The notes: generated by a model not told the origin, from the letters alone. A stretch of DNA of 64,000 nucleotides from Candidatus Cloacimonadota bacterium (GCA_023392795.1 JAEWNJ010000115.1:10952-74951); one strand, 5' to 3'; shown: positions 1-9,142, numbered from the stretch's first letter. Made by a program: numbers and translations.

Positions 1-623
1 AAAGCCTGCGGCTGGAGCAGATCCCCAATACTCTTGCCATTGATAGCAAGGATTTTCTGAAGTATATGGAGCGCATCGTGAATCTCCCCGCGCGGGACAT
101 TGAGCTGCAGATCATCTGGAGCGCCAGCCTGCAATACAGCATCACCGGTGCACCAGTCTTCAGCCTGGATACGATATTCCTGACTGCGGATAACAATCTG
201 ATCGCCTTCGATAAAAAGAGTCGGAAACTGAAGTGGAAGAAATACTTCGATGCGCCGATCAGCTCTGTTTTGTACATGGACAACGCCCTGATGGTATGCT
301 TGCAGAGCGATTCCGCCAGCGCTTTCAGCGAAGATGGCACGCTGCTCTGGGAGGCGGATATGACCTGCCCCGCGCAGGCTTCCGTAAATCTCAATCCTCT
401 TAGGATCAGCGGGGAAGATGATCCTCGCCTGGATCGTCCGATTCTGATGATTCCCAGCCGGGAAGTGATCAGCATTGTAGATGCTGGCAGGGGAGAAAGC
501 CTGTCTTCGATCACTTTTGTGGACGACATCGCGGCCATCTCAGCGTACGACAATTTCGCCAATTGCTTTTATGCCATTGTGGATGACGCGCTGATCTGCA
601 TTCAACTGAAGATCGTAAACTAA
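1..623 (+). CDS. beta-propeller (PQQ-like/BamB-like repeat) protein, 5' end probably outside window
   Basis: Frame is open from nt 3 to TAA at 621-623, with first ATG at 66. Short strand-turn motifs (NLIAFDKKSRKLKWK, EDGTLLWEADM) resemble PQQ-like propeller blades. Assignment is by eye only. Confidence 0.35.
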   Translation, partial: SLRLEQIPNTLAIDSKDFLKYMERIVNLPARDIELQIIWSASLQYSITGAPVFSLDTIFLTADNNLIAFDKKSRKLKWKKYFDAPISSVLYMDNALMVCLQSDSASAFSEDGTLLWEADMTCPAQASVNLNPLRISGEDDPRLDRPILMIPSREVISIVDAGRGESLSSITFVDDIAAISAYDNFANCFYAIVDDALICIQLKIVN

Positions 624-635
624 AGGACCTCCGGC

Positions 636-1298
636 TTGAGACACGTGTTTATCATATCCCTGATCCTGATAGCTGCCTTGCTTCAGGCACAGGAAAGCAC
701 AGTGAAGACGGGATTTGCCCGTCTGCAATATGATGGGGGAGGGGATTGGTACAATGATCCGGAAGTCCTACCCAATCTGGCAAAGTATATCAATACCACT
801 CTTGCTTCCGGGATGCCGATTGACCAAAGCGTTGTCCGGGCAGGCGATAGCAAACTCTACGATTTCCCCTTCGTCTATCTGACCGGACACGGTAACATTC
901 GCTTCACTGAAGGCGAAGTGCAGAATCTGCGTCAGTGGATGCTCCGCGGGGGATTCCTCTATGCCGATGATGACTACGGCATGGATGAGAGCTTTCGCCG
1001 CGAAATAAAGCGCGTATTTCCTGAAAAGGAACTGGTGGAGCTGGATGCCAGCCATCCGCTTTATACTTCGTACTACGATTTCAGTGGCGGTATCCCCAAG
1101 ATCCATCTGCATGACGAGAAACCCCCTCAGGCCTATGGCATCTTCGATGACAACGGCCGGATGATGCTTTACTACACGTATGAAACCAATATCAGCGACG
1201 GTTGGGCTGATCCTGACACGCATAACGATCCCCCAGAGCTGCGGGATACTGCTCTGCGATTTGGGCTAAACATAGTCCATTACATCATGACGAGGTAA
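636..1298 (+). CDS. DUF4159-family secreted protein
   Basis: TTG start and signal peptide MRHVFIISLILIAALLQAQ. Motifs LQYDGGGDWYNDPEVLPNL and FVYLTGHG recall the DUF4159 family. Confidence 0.55.
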   Translation: MRHVFIISLILIAALLQAQESTVKTGFARLQYDGGGDWYNDPEVLPNLAKYINTTLASGMPIDQSVVRAGDSKLYDFPFVYLTGHGNIRFTEGEVQNLRQWMLRGGFLYADDDYGMDESFRREIKRVFPEKELVELDASHPLYTSYYDFSGGIPKIHLHDEKPPQAYGIFDDNGRMMLYYTYETNISDGWADPDTHNDPPELRDTALRFGLNIVHYIMTR

Positions 1299-1299
1299 G

Positions 1300-2052
1300 A
1301 TGCGCGTCTGTGTGATCTCCGATTTGCATTACAAGTACACCGATCCTTGTCCTGAGGACAGGGAAAACAGCGCCCTGGTGCTTTCATTCCTGGCTGAGGC
1401 CAAGGGTAAGTACGACCTCATGATCCTCAATGGGGATATCTTCGATCTGTGGTTCGATTGGCGTTATGGGATCATCAAGCAGTATTTCCCCCTGCTGGTG
1501 AAGCTCTATGAATTGAAACAATCAGGCTGCCGCCTGGTGATGATCAGCGGAAACCATGATTTCTGGTTTGGCGACTTTTTGCCTGAATATCTGGGGATAG
1601 AGCTACATAGCGAGTTCTACGAGTTCCAGGCGGATGGCAAAAAAATCTATGTATGTCATGGTGATACGCATACCGTGAACGACCTGCGTTATCAGATTTT
1701 CCGCAGGCTCATCCGCCTCAGGATCGTCAAAAGGATCTTCAGCATCTTGCATCCCGACCTGGCTTTGGGGCTGGGCTCATTACTCTCCCGGAGCAGCAGG
1801 GCTCGTAAGGATCCCCCTGATATGCGGGTGAGAAAGAATGCAGGCTTACTGTCTTACGCAGGTAGTATCATCAGAAAGGGCCGTGCGGATTACGTGCTGA
1901 TGGGGCACAGCCACAATCCCCTGGTCAAAGATATTGATGGTGGAGTATATGCCAATTCCGGAGATTGGATTTCGCATCATTCATACATTGAAATCATCTC
2001 TGGCACATTAAACGTGAAACACTATTTTATAAATAAGGAGAATCAAGCATGA
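1300..2052 (+). CDS. lpxH: UDP-2,3-diacylglucosamine diphosphatase (LpxH-type metallophosphoesterase)
   Basis: Metallophosphoesterase motifs ISDLH, NGDIFDLWF, GNHDFW, HGD and GHSH in LpxH order and spacing. Confidence 0.7.
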   Translation: MRVCVISDLHYKYTDPCPEDRENSALVLSFLAEAKGKYDLMILNGDIFDLWFDWRYGIIKQYFPLLVKLYELKQSGCRLVMISGNHDFWFGDFLPEYLGIELHSEFYEFQADGKKIYVCHGDTHTVNDLRYQIFRRLIRLRIVKRIFSILHPDLALGLGSLLSRSSRARKDPPDMRVRKNAGLLSYAGSIIRKGRADYVLMGHSHNPLVKDIDGGVYANSGDWISHHSYIEIISGTLNVKHYFINKENQA

Positions 2053-2906
2053 AAACAAAAGCTAACTACATAGCATTGATCCTGATCCCTGTGATCCTCA
2101 TTTTGGGGCTCACCTACCTCTATACTCAAAACAGAACTCAGCTCACAAATACCAAGGAGGAAACTGTGACAACTGACCCTGTGCAAAAAGTAAGAACCAT
2201 TATCAATACCACTTATGGTGAGATCGAATTGGAGCTTTGGCCGGATTTAGCTCCCAAGACCGTGGCAAACTTCGTAAAACTCGGGAGCGAAGGATATTAC
2301 ACCAGTACCTATTTTCATCGCGTCATCCCGGATTTTATGATTCAGGGCGGTTGCCCCAACACTAAAGACGATAATCGGGGAAATGATGGTCAGGGCGGTC
2401 CCGGCTACATGTTTGAAGATGAAACCTATAGCGATGGGGCGGAAGTGACCGGAAAGATCGGTAACCACGCCACTGCGGAACTAGTGTGGAATCAGGTAAT
2501 CGTTCCTCATATGCAAAACAACCGAACTCCTAATGCCGATATCGCAGCCATAGTGAAGCAGTGTCAGGAAGCTCGTCAGCTCAACCCCATGTTTGATAAA
2601 ACAGTGGAATATTTTACCGCGCTTGCCGGCCATGAGGGAAAAGTCAGTAACCGCACCCTCAAAGCTCACGTTCTCTACGGCAACATCGCCATGGCTAATA
2701 GCGGTCCCAACACCAATGGCAGCCAGTTCTTCATCGTTACCAAGAAGGAAGGCACCCCGTGGTTGGACGGCAAACACACTGTATTTGGCAAGGTGACCAA
2801 GGGGATGGATATAGTTCACAAGATCGAAGGCTTGCCTCGTGACCGTGCTGACAACCCCAATCCTGAAAATCAGGCATTCATCCTGGGAGTGTCTTTCCCC
2901 AAATAA
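2049..2906 (+). CDS. cyclophilin-type peptidyl-prolyl cis-trans isomerase with N-terminal membrane anchor and internal insertion
   Basis: FHRVIPDFMIQGG, MANSGPNTNGSQFFI and LDGKHTVFGKV cyclophilin motifs. N-terminal hydrophobic helix. ATGA overlap with lpxH stop. Confidence 0.85.
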   Translation: MKTKANYIALILIPVILILGLTYLYTQNRTQLTNTKEETVTTDPVQKVRTIINTTYGEIELELWPDLAPKTVANFVKLGSEGYYTSTYFHRVIPDFMIQGGCPNTKDDNRGNDGQGGPGYMFEDETYSDGAEVTGKIGNHATAELVWNQVIVPHMQNNRTPNADIAAIVKQCQEARQLNPMFDKTVEYFTALAGHEGKVSNRTLKAHVLYGNIAMANSGPNTNGSQFFIVTKKEGTPWLDGKHTVFGKVTKGMDIVHKIEGLPRDRADNPNPENQAFILGVSFPK

Positions 2907-2917
2907 AGGATACACAA

Positions 2918-3361
2918 ATGGCTAGAACCAACGAATCTGCTTTGCAACAAGAGATCCTGGCATGGATCAAACAAAACCAGTATGTATATCTTGCCACCAG
3001 TGACAAGAGACAGGCAAGAGTGCGCCCTGTGGTTTTGTTTACCATCGAGGATTCCTATTTCTTCGCCACCTTCAGTGGGGATGCCAAGGTTTCGCAGATT
3101 CAGGCCAATAAACTCGTAGAAGTATGCGTACCGCTTAGCGAAGATGGTCAAACTGGCTACATCCGGCTCAGCGGTATCGCCAGGATAGTATCAAACGCGG
3201 CGCTCAAGGCAGAGGCCTCTGAGCGCTGCTACTTTTTTGACGAATACTTTCATGGCTATGATGATCCGGATTACACACTGGTGGAGTTCGATCCTGACTA
3301 CGCCGAGTACCTGCGCCCTGGCGAAACTTTCAGCCAAAGCTGCAATCTGAAACGCTACTGA
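2918..3361 (+). CDS. pyridoxamine 5'-phosphate oxidase-family (split-barrel FMN-binding) protein
   Basis: 147 aa. The pattern YVYLATSDKRQARVRPVVL...FFATFSGDAKVSQI is typical of PNPOx-like proteins. Confidence 0.5.
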   Translation: MARTNESALQQEILAWIKQNQYVYLATSDKRQARVRPVVLFTIEDSYFFATFSGDAKVSQIQANKLVEVCVPLSEDGQTGYIRLSGIARIVSNAALKAEASERCYFFDEYFHGYDDPDYTLVEFDPDYAEYLRPGETFSQSCNLKRY

Positions 3362-3390
3362 TCCAGCCTGAATCCGGCAAGGAAGACCTT

Positions 3391-3582
3391 ATGAAACGTG
3401 TGTTTGAATATCACGACGAGCACTTGGGCAAGAGCTACATCGTTATCGACAAGATCAGGGAACTCAGGAAGACCCTTGGGGAACTGGTAATTACATTTGA
3501 TAATGGCGAGAAGCGTGTGCTCTCGGTGGAAGATCCAAATGCTACCCTAAAAGCCCTGGTAGATGCCATCGAACAACTCTGA
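3391..3582 (+). CDS. hypothetical small protein (63 aa)
   Basis: ORF with an upstream GGAAG purine tract, followed by a terminator hairpin. No recognisable family. Confidence 0.35.
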   Translation: MKRVFEYHDEHLGKSYIVIDKIRELRKTLGELVITFDNGEKRVLSVEDPNATLKALVDAIEQL

Positions 3583-3635
3583 TCCAGATAGCCTGACCGC
3601 CATTCCGCTCTCCCAAAGGATATCTTGATACCTAT

Positions 3636-3665
3636 AAAAAAAGCCATCCGTCGGATGGCTTTATG
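3636..3665. terminator. bidirectional intrinsic terminator between convergent genes
   Basis: AAGCCATCC(3641-3649)/GGATGGCTT(3653-3661) 9-bp stem, flanked by an A-run upstream and T-rich sequence downstream. Confidence 0.6.
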
Positions 3666-3670
3666 TATTA

Positions 3671-4618
3671 TCAGTGGACGATTCGCGTTCCCGTCTTACC
3701 CTCAAAGGCATCCACGATTCTATCGATCGAAGTGATCAATACCTCTGAACCGCCTCTTTGCAGGAAGTCAATGGCAGCCAATATCTTGGGCCCCATACTC
3801 CCCGCGGGGAATTGTTTATCGTCATAATGTTTCTGCGCTTCGGTAACAGTCATCACATCCACATCCTGCTGGTTTTCCTTGCCGTAATTGATAGCTACTT
3901 TATCCACTCCTGTAAGGATCACAAAGAGATCGGCTTTGATGTTCAGTGCGAGCAGGGCACTGGCAAAATCCTTGTCGATCACGGCATCCACGCCTTCCAA
4001 TTTGCCGCTGTCCTCTCTGTAAACAGGAATTCCGCCTCCACCAACCGCGATCACCACTTCACCGCGATGTACCAGTTCATTGATGGTCTCCGCGGGAATA
4101 ATCTCTTTGGGCATTGGTGATGGCACCACTCTGCGATAGCCTTTTCCGGAATCCTCTTTGAGGGTCCAGCCAAGGCTTATCTTCAATTCTTCGGCTTGCT
4201 CTGCGCTGTAATATGTAGAACCCACAAACTTCGTGGGGTTCTTCATGCTGGGATCGTTCTTATCCACTACTACTTGGGAAACAATGGTGATCACCTGTTT
4301 GGTAATGCCATGTTCCAGCAATTTGTTTTGCAGGCTTTGTTCGATCATGTACCCCATCGTGCCTTCTGTGGCAGCGTTTAAAACACCAAGGGGTAGAGCG
4401 GCCATGCCTTCTTTTTCACCGGCTTCCTGCTGACGCAGCAGATTGCCTACCTGGGGGCCGTTTCCGTGAGTAATGCTAAGCTGATAACCACGGCTGATCA
4501 GCTCTACGATGCCGTCCAGAGAATCCCTCGTATTGGCAAATTGCTCTGTGATGGTCCCTTTTTGACCGGCTTTGATGATGGCATTTCCACCCAAAGCCAG
4601 AACTGCAGTCTTCTTCAT
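3671..4618 (-). CDS. arcC: carbamate kinase
   Basis: MKKTAVLALGGNAI, THGNGPQVGNLL and VIAVGGGGIPV, all carbamate kinase signatures. 315 aa. Confidence 0.85.
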   Translation of the reverse strand: MKKTAVLALGGNAIIKAGQKGTITEQFANTRDSLDGIVELISRGYQLSITHGNGPQVGNLLRQQEAGEKEGMAALPLGVLNAATEGTMGYMIEQSLQNKLLEHGITKQVITIVSQVVVDKNDPSMKNPTKFVGSTYYSAEQAEELKISLGWTLKEDSGKGYRRVVPSPMPKEIIPAETINELVHRGEVVIAVGGGGIPVYREDSGKLEGVDAVIDKDFASALLALNIKADLFVILTGVDKVAINYGKENQQDVDVMTVTEAQKHYDDKQFPAGSMGPKILAAIDFLQRGGSEVLITSIDRIVDAFEGKTGTRIVH

Positions 4619-4652
4619 TCTATATCCTCTGATTTTCTCTATAAAGCTAAAG

Positions 4653-4674
4653 CCGGGGGTGGTGTCACCCCCGG
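4653..4674 (-). terminator. GC-rich hairpin between the COG2403-like gene and arcC (possible attenuating terminator)
   Basis: CCGGGGGTG/CACCCCCGG 9-bp stem with a 4-nt loop. On the minus strand it is followed by CTTTAGCTTTAT, only moderately T-rich. Confidence 0.4.
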
Positions 4675-4701
4675 TATCTTATTGATAGCTATATGTTTAG
4701 T

Positions 4702-6087
4702 TTATTTCTTCTTGGGAGCTGCTTTCTTAGGAGCAGGCTTCTTGGGCTCGGCTTTCTTGGCAGCTTTCTTGGTGGCAAAGCCTTCTAATACTTCAGCGAT
4801 GGTGGGGACGCCAATCTCTTGCAGTTCATACTGAACCTGGCAAGCGGGCTTCTTGATCTTCACGATGCGGCGAAGGTCGATAGGAGTGGCAATAACCACA
4901 GCGTCGCATTCGGTATCGTTGATGGTCTTTTCCAGGTCTTTGATCTGCTTGGCGCTGTAACCCATGGCGGGAAGAAGGATTCCGATATCCGGATACTTTC
5001 TGAAGGTATCGGCGATTTCGCCAACTGCCCATTCGCGGGGATCCACGAGGTCGTTGCAACCGTATTTCTCAGCGGCGACCACACCGGCTCCGAAGGTCAT
5101 CTCACCGTGGGTGAGGGTAGGACCGTCTTCCACCACGAGCACATCTTTGCCAAAGATCAGTTCGGGCTTGTCCACAAAGAGCGGAGAAGCGGCTTCGATG
5201 ATCTTGGCAGTGGGGTTGATGGCGCGGACATTGGCGCGCACTTCATTGATGTCGTCGAGATCGGCGCTGTCGATCTTGTTGATCACGACTACGTCTGCCA
5301 TGTAAACGTTAGTTTCGCCAGGATAGTAGGTGATTTCGTCGCCGGGGCGATGAGGATCGACCACTACAATGCGAACCATTTCATCGGAGCAGTAGAAGGG
5401 AATATCGTTATTTCCGCCGTCCCAAATGATGACGTCGGCTTCTTTCTCGGCTTCGCGAACGATAGCTTCATAATCCACACCAGCATAAATCACGCTGCCC
5501 ATGGCAATATGCGGCTCGTATTCTTCCATCTCTTCGATGGTGCATTTGTGTTTCTTGAGATCGGCAAGCTCGGCATACCGTTGCACTTTTTGAGCTACAA
5601 GGTCTCCATAAGGCATGGGGTGGCGGATGGAAACCACTTTCAGACCGCGGGCTTTGAGGGCTTTCACGACCGCACGGGTGGTCTGGGATTTGCCGCAACC
5701 GGTACGGGCAGCGCAAATGGTAACCAGGGGCTTGGTGGTCTTCACTGTGGTGTTATCGGCACCCATCAGCATGAAATCGGCGCCAGTGGCATTCACCAAA
5801 GCGGCTTTATGCATCACCACTTCGTAGGGAAGGTCACTGTAAGCCAGCACCACGAGATCAACGTTGTTTTTCTTGATCAGGTTTTTCAGTTCGCTTTCGG
5901 GTTTGATCTCGATGCCCTTCGGATAGAGCTTTCCAGCCAGTGCGGCGGGGTATTTCTTGTCGTCAATACCAGGAATCTGCGTAGCGGTAAATGCTACTAC
6001 TTCATAATCTTTGTTGTCGCGGAAGAAGACGTTGAAATTGTGGAAGTCACGTCCTGCTGCGCCCATAATGATAACTTTACGTTTCAT
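4702..6087 (-). CDS. P-loop protein of the cyclic 2,3-diphosphoglycerate synthetase-like / COG2403 predicted GTPase family, with lysine-rich C-terminal tail
   Basis: MKRKVIIMGAAGRDFHNFN N-terminus, P-loop ARTGCGKSQT and NKID motif. C-terminal KKAAKKAEPKKPAPKKAAPKKK. Lies upstream of arcC. Confidence 0.6.
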   Translation of the reverse strand: MKRKVIIMGAAGRDFHNFNVFFRDNKDYEVVAFTATQIPGIDDKKYPAALAGKLYPKGIEIKPESELKNLIKKNNVDLVVLAYSDLPYEVVMHKAALVNATGADFMLMGADNTTVKTTKPLVTICAARTGCGKSQTTRAVVKALKARGLKVVSIRHPMPYGDLVAQKVQRYAELADLKKHKCTIEEMEEYEPHIAMGSVIYAGVDYEAIVREAEKEADVIIWDGGNNDIPFYCSDEMVRIVVVDPHRPGDEITYYPGETNVYMADVVVINKIDSADLDDINEVRANVRAINPTAKIIEAASPLFVDKPELIFGKDVLVVEDGPTLTHGEMTFGAGVVAAEKYGCNDLVDPREWAVGEIADTFRKYPDIGILLPAMGYSAKQIKDLEKTINDTECDAVVIATPIDLRRIVKIKKPACQVQYELQEIGVPTIAEVLEGFATKKAAKKAEPKKPAPKKAAPKKK

Positions 6088-6302
6088 TGGGAATCTCCTT
6101 TATTTACTTTGATTTATATCATTTGTTTCAAGCTTTCAGATGGCAGTATCCAGTCAAGTAAAATCTAATCCTGGTTGTGAACTACTCACCGGAAATCCTA
6201 GATCCCCAAACCCTAAAACTCTAAAACCATAAGACTCAACAATCCTCTGGCCATTCCCTCCAAATCCCCTATTCTATCTACATACGGCACCTGGAGGTTA
6301 CC

Positions 6303-6698
6303 TTGAAGATCAGATCCTATGATAAAACCAAAGACGAGGCCCGGCTCATGCAAATGCTGGAAGATGAAGGCGAAGATTGGTCTTGCTATTGGGCGGAATC
6401 TGTTTCTGCTAAATACCGGGAGGCTCTGGCCGCTTCCATCACCTATGTAGCCTATGATGGGCAGACCCTCTGCGGTTACTCCCGTTCTTTGGAAGACTGT
6501 GGATTTTATATATACGTCTGCGACCTTCTTGTAAAGCCCCAATACCGCGGGCAGGATCTCGGCCGCAAACTCATGGAAATCATCTATAGAGACCATCCCG
6601 ATACCACTGTCTATGTAATGTCCGATGTCGATGGCTATTACTCCCGGCTGGGCTACCATCGCGAAGGCTCCGTCTATGAGGTAAGCAGATCAGATTGA
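6303..6698 (+). CDS. GNAT-family N-acetyltransferase
   Basis: TTG start. Acetyl-CoA binding motif LLVKPQYRGQDLGRKLME. 131 aa. Confidence 0.7.
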   Translation: MKIRSYDKTKDEARLMQMLEDEGEDWSCYWAESVSAKYREALAASITYVAYDGQTLCGYSRSLEDCGFYIYVCDLLVKPQYRGQDLGRKLMEIIYRDHPDTTVYVMSDVDGYYSRLGYHREGSVYEVSRSD

Positions 6699-6813
6699 TA
6701 AGGTGCGGCGTTCGCTGAAGAGCCCGCAGGGGACATTTCACAAAAAGGCTCTCTTCCAACTCGAGTGGGTAATAATGTGTTTAGTTTGAAATGACATAGT
6801 CCATGCCCGGCCG

Positions 6814-6981
6814 TTACGTAACGTAGCATTCCGGTGCTACGATAGCCCAGAGGAAGACACCATACCCCACGGTTTTCGGAGCTTTAAGAAAACTCCCTTA
6901 CGTAACGTAGCATTCCAGTGCTACGAATGCCCAGGGGGAGACATCATACCCCACGGATTTCGGAGCTTTAGGAAAGCTCCG
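6814..6981. repeat. two complete tandem units of an 84-bp repeat; a third unit is split by the intron (6982-6986 + 8866-8895)
   Basis: Units 6814-6897 and 6898-6981 are about 90% identical by eye. Each carries hairpins GTAGCA-N6-TGCTAC and GGAGCTTT-N3-AAAGCTCC. Confidence 0.85.
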
Positions 6982-6986
6982 CAACG

Positions 6987-8865
6987 ATAGGGGTAGGGGA
7001 GCGATCCGTTACCGGGCTCCCCTCCCTCCGAACCGTACGTGCGGTTCTCCCGCATACGGCTCTCCAGAAAACAGGTATCTCATGTAAGAGACCGGCATAA
7101 TTCACTGTGGGCTTTGACCATTGAGAAAAACCCACGGCTATCGAAGATGGCATTCGGATATCTTTGGTTATCTTTATGGTTCGTCGCTATTCCTCTGCGT
7201 TTCTCGTGTTTCCTGAGGATACTGCGAAGTCTGCGTCTTACCCAGCTGTCTTGTTCGGGGAAACTGTTTCTGTGGGCATGCTTGAAGTATTCAAACCAAC
7301 CTCGTTGGATAGGTGTTATCCTGTTGATGATGGTCTGGAGGCTGTGTGCATTACTGCGTTTGGTGTGTTTCCTGATGTTGTCTCTGAACTTCTTGATACT
7401 CTTGTCTGAAGGGAACTTCATCCCTTTCTTGAACTTATAGCCCAAGAACTCAAAGATATCTGTTTCGGTATCCACAATCTTCGTCTTCGTTGGATGCAAG
7501 GTTAGCCCTGCTTCCTGTGTCCAGATTCTGATTGTTTCCAGAGCTTGTCTTGCTTCAGCCTCTGTCTTGCATTGCACCACAAAGTCATCGGCATAGCGCG
7601 TCATCTGATATCTCTCCTTCAGCATCAACCAGTCCAATGGATCAAGGTAGATGTTGGCTAGTAAGGGACTTATGACCGCTCCTTGAGGTGTTCCTGCCTC
7701 GGGCGTCCAGCTTGCTGCTGTATCTATCACCTTCTGTGAGAGATATTGTTCAAGCAGAGCCAGGATGCGACTATCGGCAATCTTATTCTCAATCAATAGC
7801 ATCAGCTTATCTTGCGGGATATTATCAAAGTATCCCTTGATATCTGCATCCACCACATATCTGTAACCCTGCTTCAGTAGTCCATCGACTCTTCTGAGGG
7901 CGTCTTTACATGATCTGCGGGGGCGAAAGCCATAGCTATATTCACAGAATTCTCTCTCAAAGATTGGTTCAATGACGTTGCGCAGTGCGGTTTGTACCAC
8001 TCTGTCCGTGACAGTTGGTATCCCCAATGGACGTTTATCCTTACTGCCTGCTTTATCAATCCAAACACGTTTAACGCCTGCTGGTTGATATAGGCCTTGT
8101 TTGAGCAGTTCGGATGTCCGGTTCAGACGTTCTGCAGCGTGCCTGCGATAGTGTTTGATACTGATGTTATCAATACCAGCACTACCACGGTTTGCTGCCA
8201 CTTGCTTCCAGGCTGATTCCAGGTTTGGTAGATACCATACCTTATCGATCAGACTGAACCACTTGCCACCTTTTACTCCCCATTCGAGAGCTGCCAGCAT
8301 TTTGTCAGTCCATACCACTGGTTCGACCCATGCCCATTGGGCTGGGATCTCTCGTTCTTGTTTAGCCTTTTCAGGCACTGACGATCGTTGTTCTTCCATC
8401 TGTACTCCTTTCAAAATCTGTTTTCCTGTGCCCCTTAGCTCCTTTCGGGTTATGTTGTCCCGAATATCGTCGCTACTATGAGCACTCTGACTCCTGTCGA
8501 TCTCTCATGCCAATCGACAGGTCTCCCTGCTTTACATTGCGTACCTTCCTTACCATTCCGTCTCCAACCACATGACAGCTCCTGAACTGGCTTCAAATAT
8601 TACGTCCTTCAACCGCTCAGGTCTTCCCCGGGGGAGGCATCGGCACCACACCGCTGCGCCATTCCGGGGTCTTAGTCTTCGCCGTACGTTAGGGGGCTCG
8701 ACAACTAATCCTGCCGAATCGAGTTCGTTATCCTACGGACTGGTAGTTCGCTTCCGGTTGCTCTCCACCCCACCTCACGGTGACGCAGTTACCTTCAGCT
8801 ACAGGGCTTGACGATACCCTGGATCGGACTTGCACCGATCTGTTATGCAATGCGCACAGGCGCAC
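6987..8865 (-). mobile_element. complete ORF-containing bacterial group II intron (about 1.88 kb)
   Basis: Minus strand starts GTGCGCC at 8865. Domain V GAGCCGTATGCGGGAGAACCGCACGTACGGTTC at 7062-7030. Domain VI helix has a bulged A at 6994, 7 nt before the 3' end ...CCCCTAT (6987). The RT ORF sits in domain IV behind AAGGAG. Confidence 0.9.
7080..8399 (-). CDS. group II intron reverse transcriptase/maturase (no endonuclease domain evident)
   Basis: RT blocks (GIPTVTDRVVQ, RYADDFVV) and maturase X region (RGWFEYFKHA). ATG 8399 lies 7 nt after AAGGAG; the track start 8414 is an upstream TTG. No C-terminal HNH motifs seen. Confidence 0.9.
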   Translation of the reverse strand: MEEQRSSVPEKAKQEREIPAQWAWVEPVVWTDKMLAALEWGVKGGKWFSLIDKVWYLPNLESAWKQVAANRGSAGIDNISIKHYRRHAAERLNRTSELLKQGLYQPAGVKRVWIDKAGSKDKRPLGIPTVTDRVVQTALRNVIEPIFEREFCEYSYGFRPRRSCKDALRRVDGLLKQGYRYVVDADIKGYFDNIPQDKLMLLIENKIADSRILALLEQYLSQKVIDTAASWTPEAGTPQGAVISPLLANIYLDPLDWLMLKERYQMTRYADDFVVQCKTEAEARQALETIRIWTQEAGLTLHPTKTKIVDTETDIFEFLGYKFKKGMKFPSDKSIKKFRDNIRKHTKRSNAHSLQTIINRITPIQRGWFEYFKHAHRNSFPEQDSWVRRRLRSILRKHEKRRGIATNHKDNQRYPNAIFDSRGFFSMVKAHSELCRSLT

Positions 8866-8953
8866 TAACGTAGCATTCCGGTGCTACGAATGCCTAAACA
8901 AGACTGTTGACTTTCAGATTGTAGTATACCGCTGACTATTGGACTTGATCCAT

Positions 8954-9022
8954 AGGCTGATCGAGATGGAACCTATCTACAAAAACGCTCCGCCAAGCTT
9001 TAGCCACATGGTTTGAAAGTGA
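8954..9022. repeat. direct repeat copy 1 (about 69 bp) flanking a 350-bp repeat-rich module
   Basis: AGGCTGATCGAGATGGAACCTATCTACAAAAACGCTCCGCCAAGCTTTAGCCACATGGTTTGAAAGTGA recurs at 9370-9436 with few changes. Confidence 0.8.
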
Positions 9023-9085
9023 TCCAAATCATCCCCAACCGGTTCCATGATCTTCCTATCTTGAGCTTCATACGCATTCGGTGAG

Positions 9086-9142
9086 CCTCCCATACACCGG
9101 TCATACGATTGTACGACCGGTGTATGACCGGTGTATGGGAGG
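9086..9142. repeat. perfect 21-bp inverted repeat with 15-nt loop
   Basis: CCTCCCATACACCGGTCATAC (9086-9106) is the exact reverse complement of GTATGACCGGTGTATGGGAGG (9122-9142). Confidence 0.9.

Noticed and set aside
4819-6168. 449-aa stop-free ORF on the plus strand, antisense to the COG2403-like gene
   Set aside because: The minus-strand frame has clear family motifs (P-loop, NKID). The plus-strand product is compositionally odd (G/H/V/F-rich) with no motifs and no SD. It is a typical shadow ORF. The same applies to 16058-16969(-), 17627-18670(-), 26175-26987(-), 37189-37848(+) and 43848-44678(+).
6814-6981. Possible CRISPR array (also considered for the 43-nt tandem units at 53391-53476)
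   Set aside because: The units are directly adjacent with no unique spacers, there are only 2-3 copies, and no cas genes are in the window.
6814-8900. Integron attC sites as the intron target (IIC-attC type introns)
   Set aside because: There is no intI gene and no RYYYAAC...GTTRRRY core pair at the unit ends. The insertion point GTTA|CGT does not fit the G|TT crossover. It cannot be fully excluded without a structure-based attC search.
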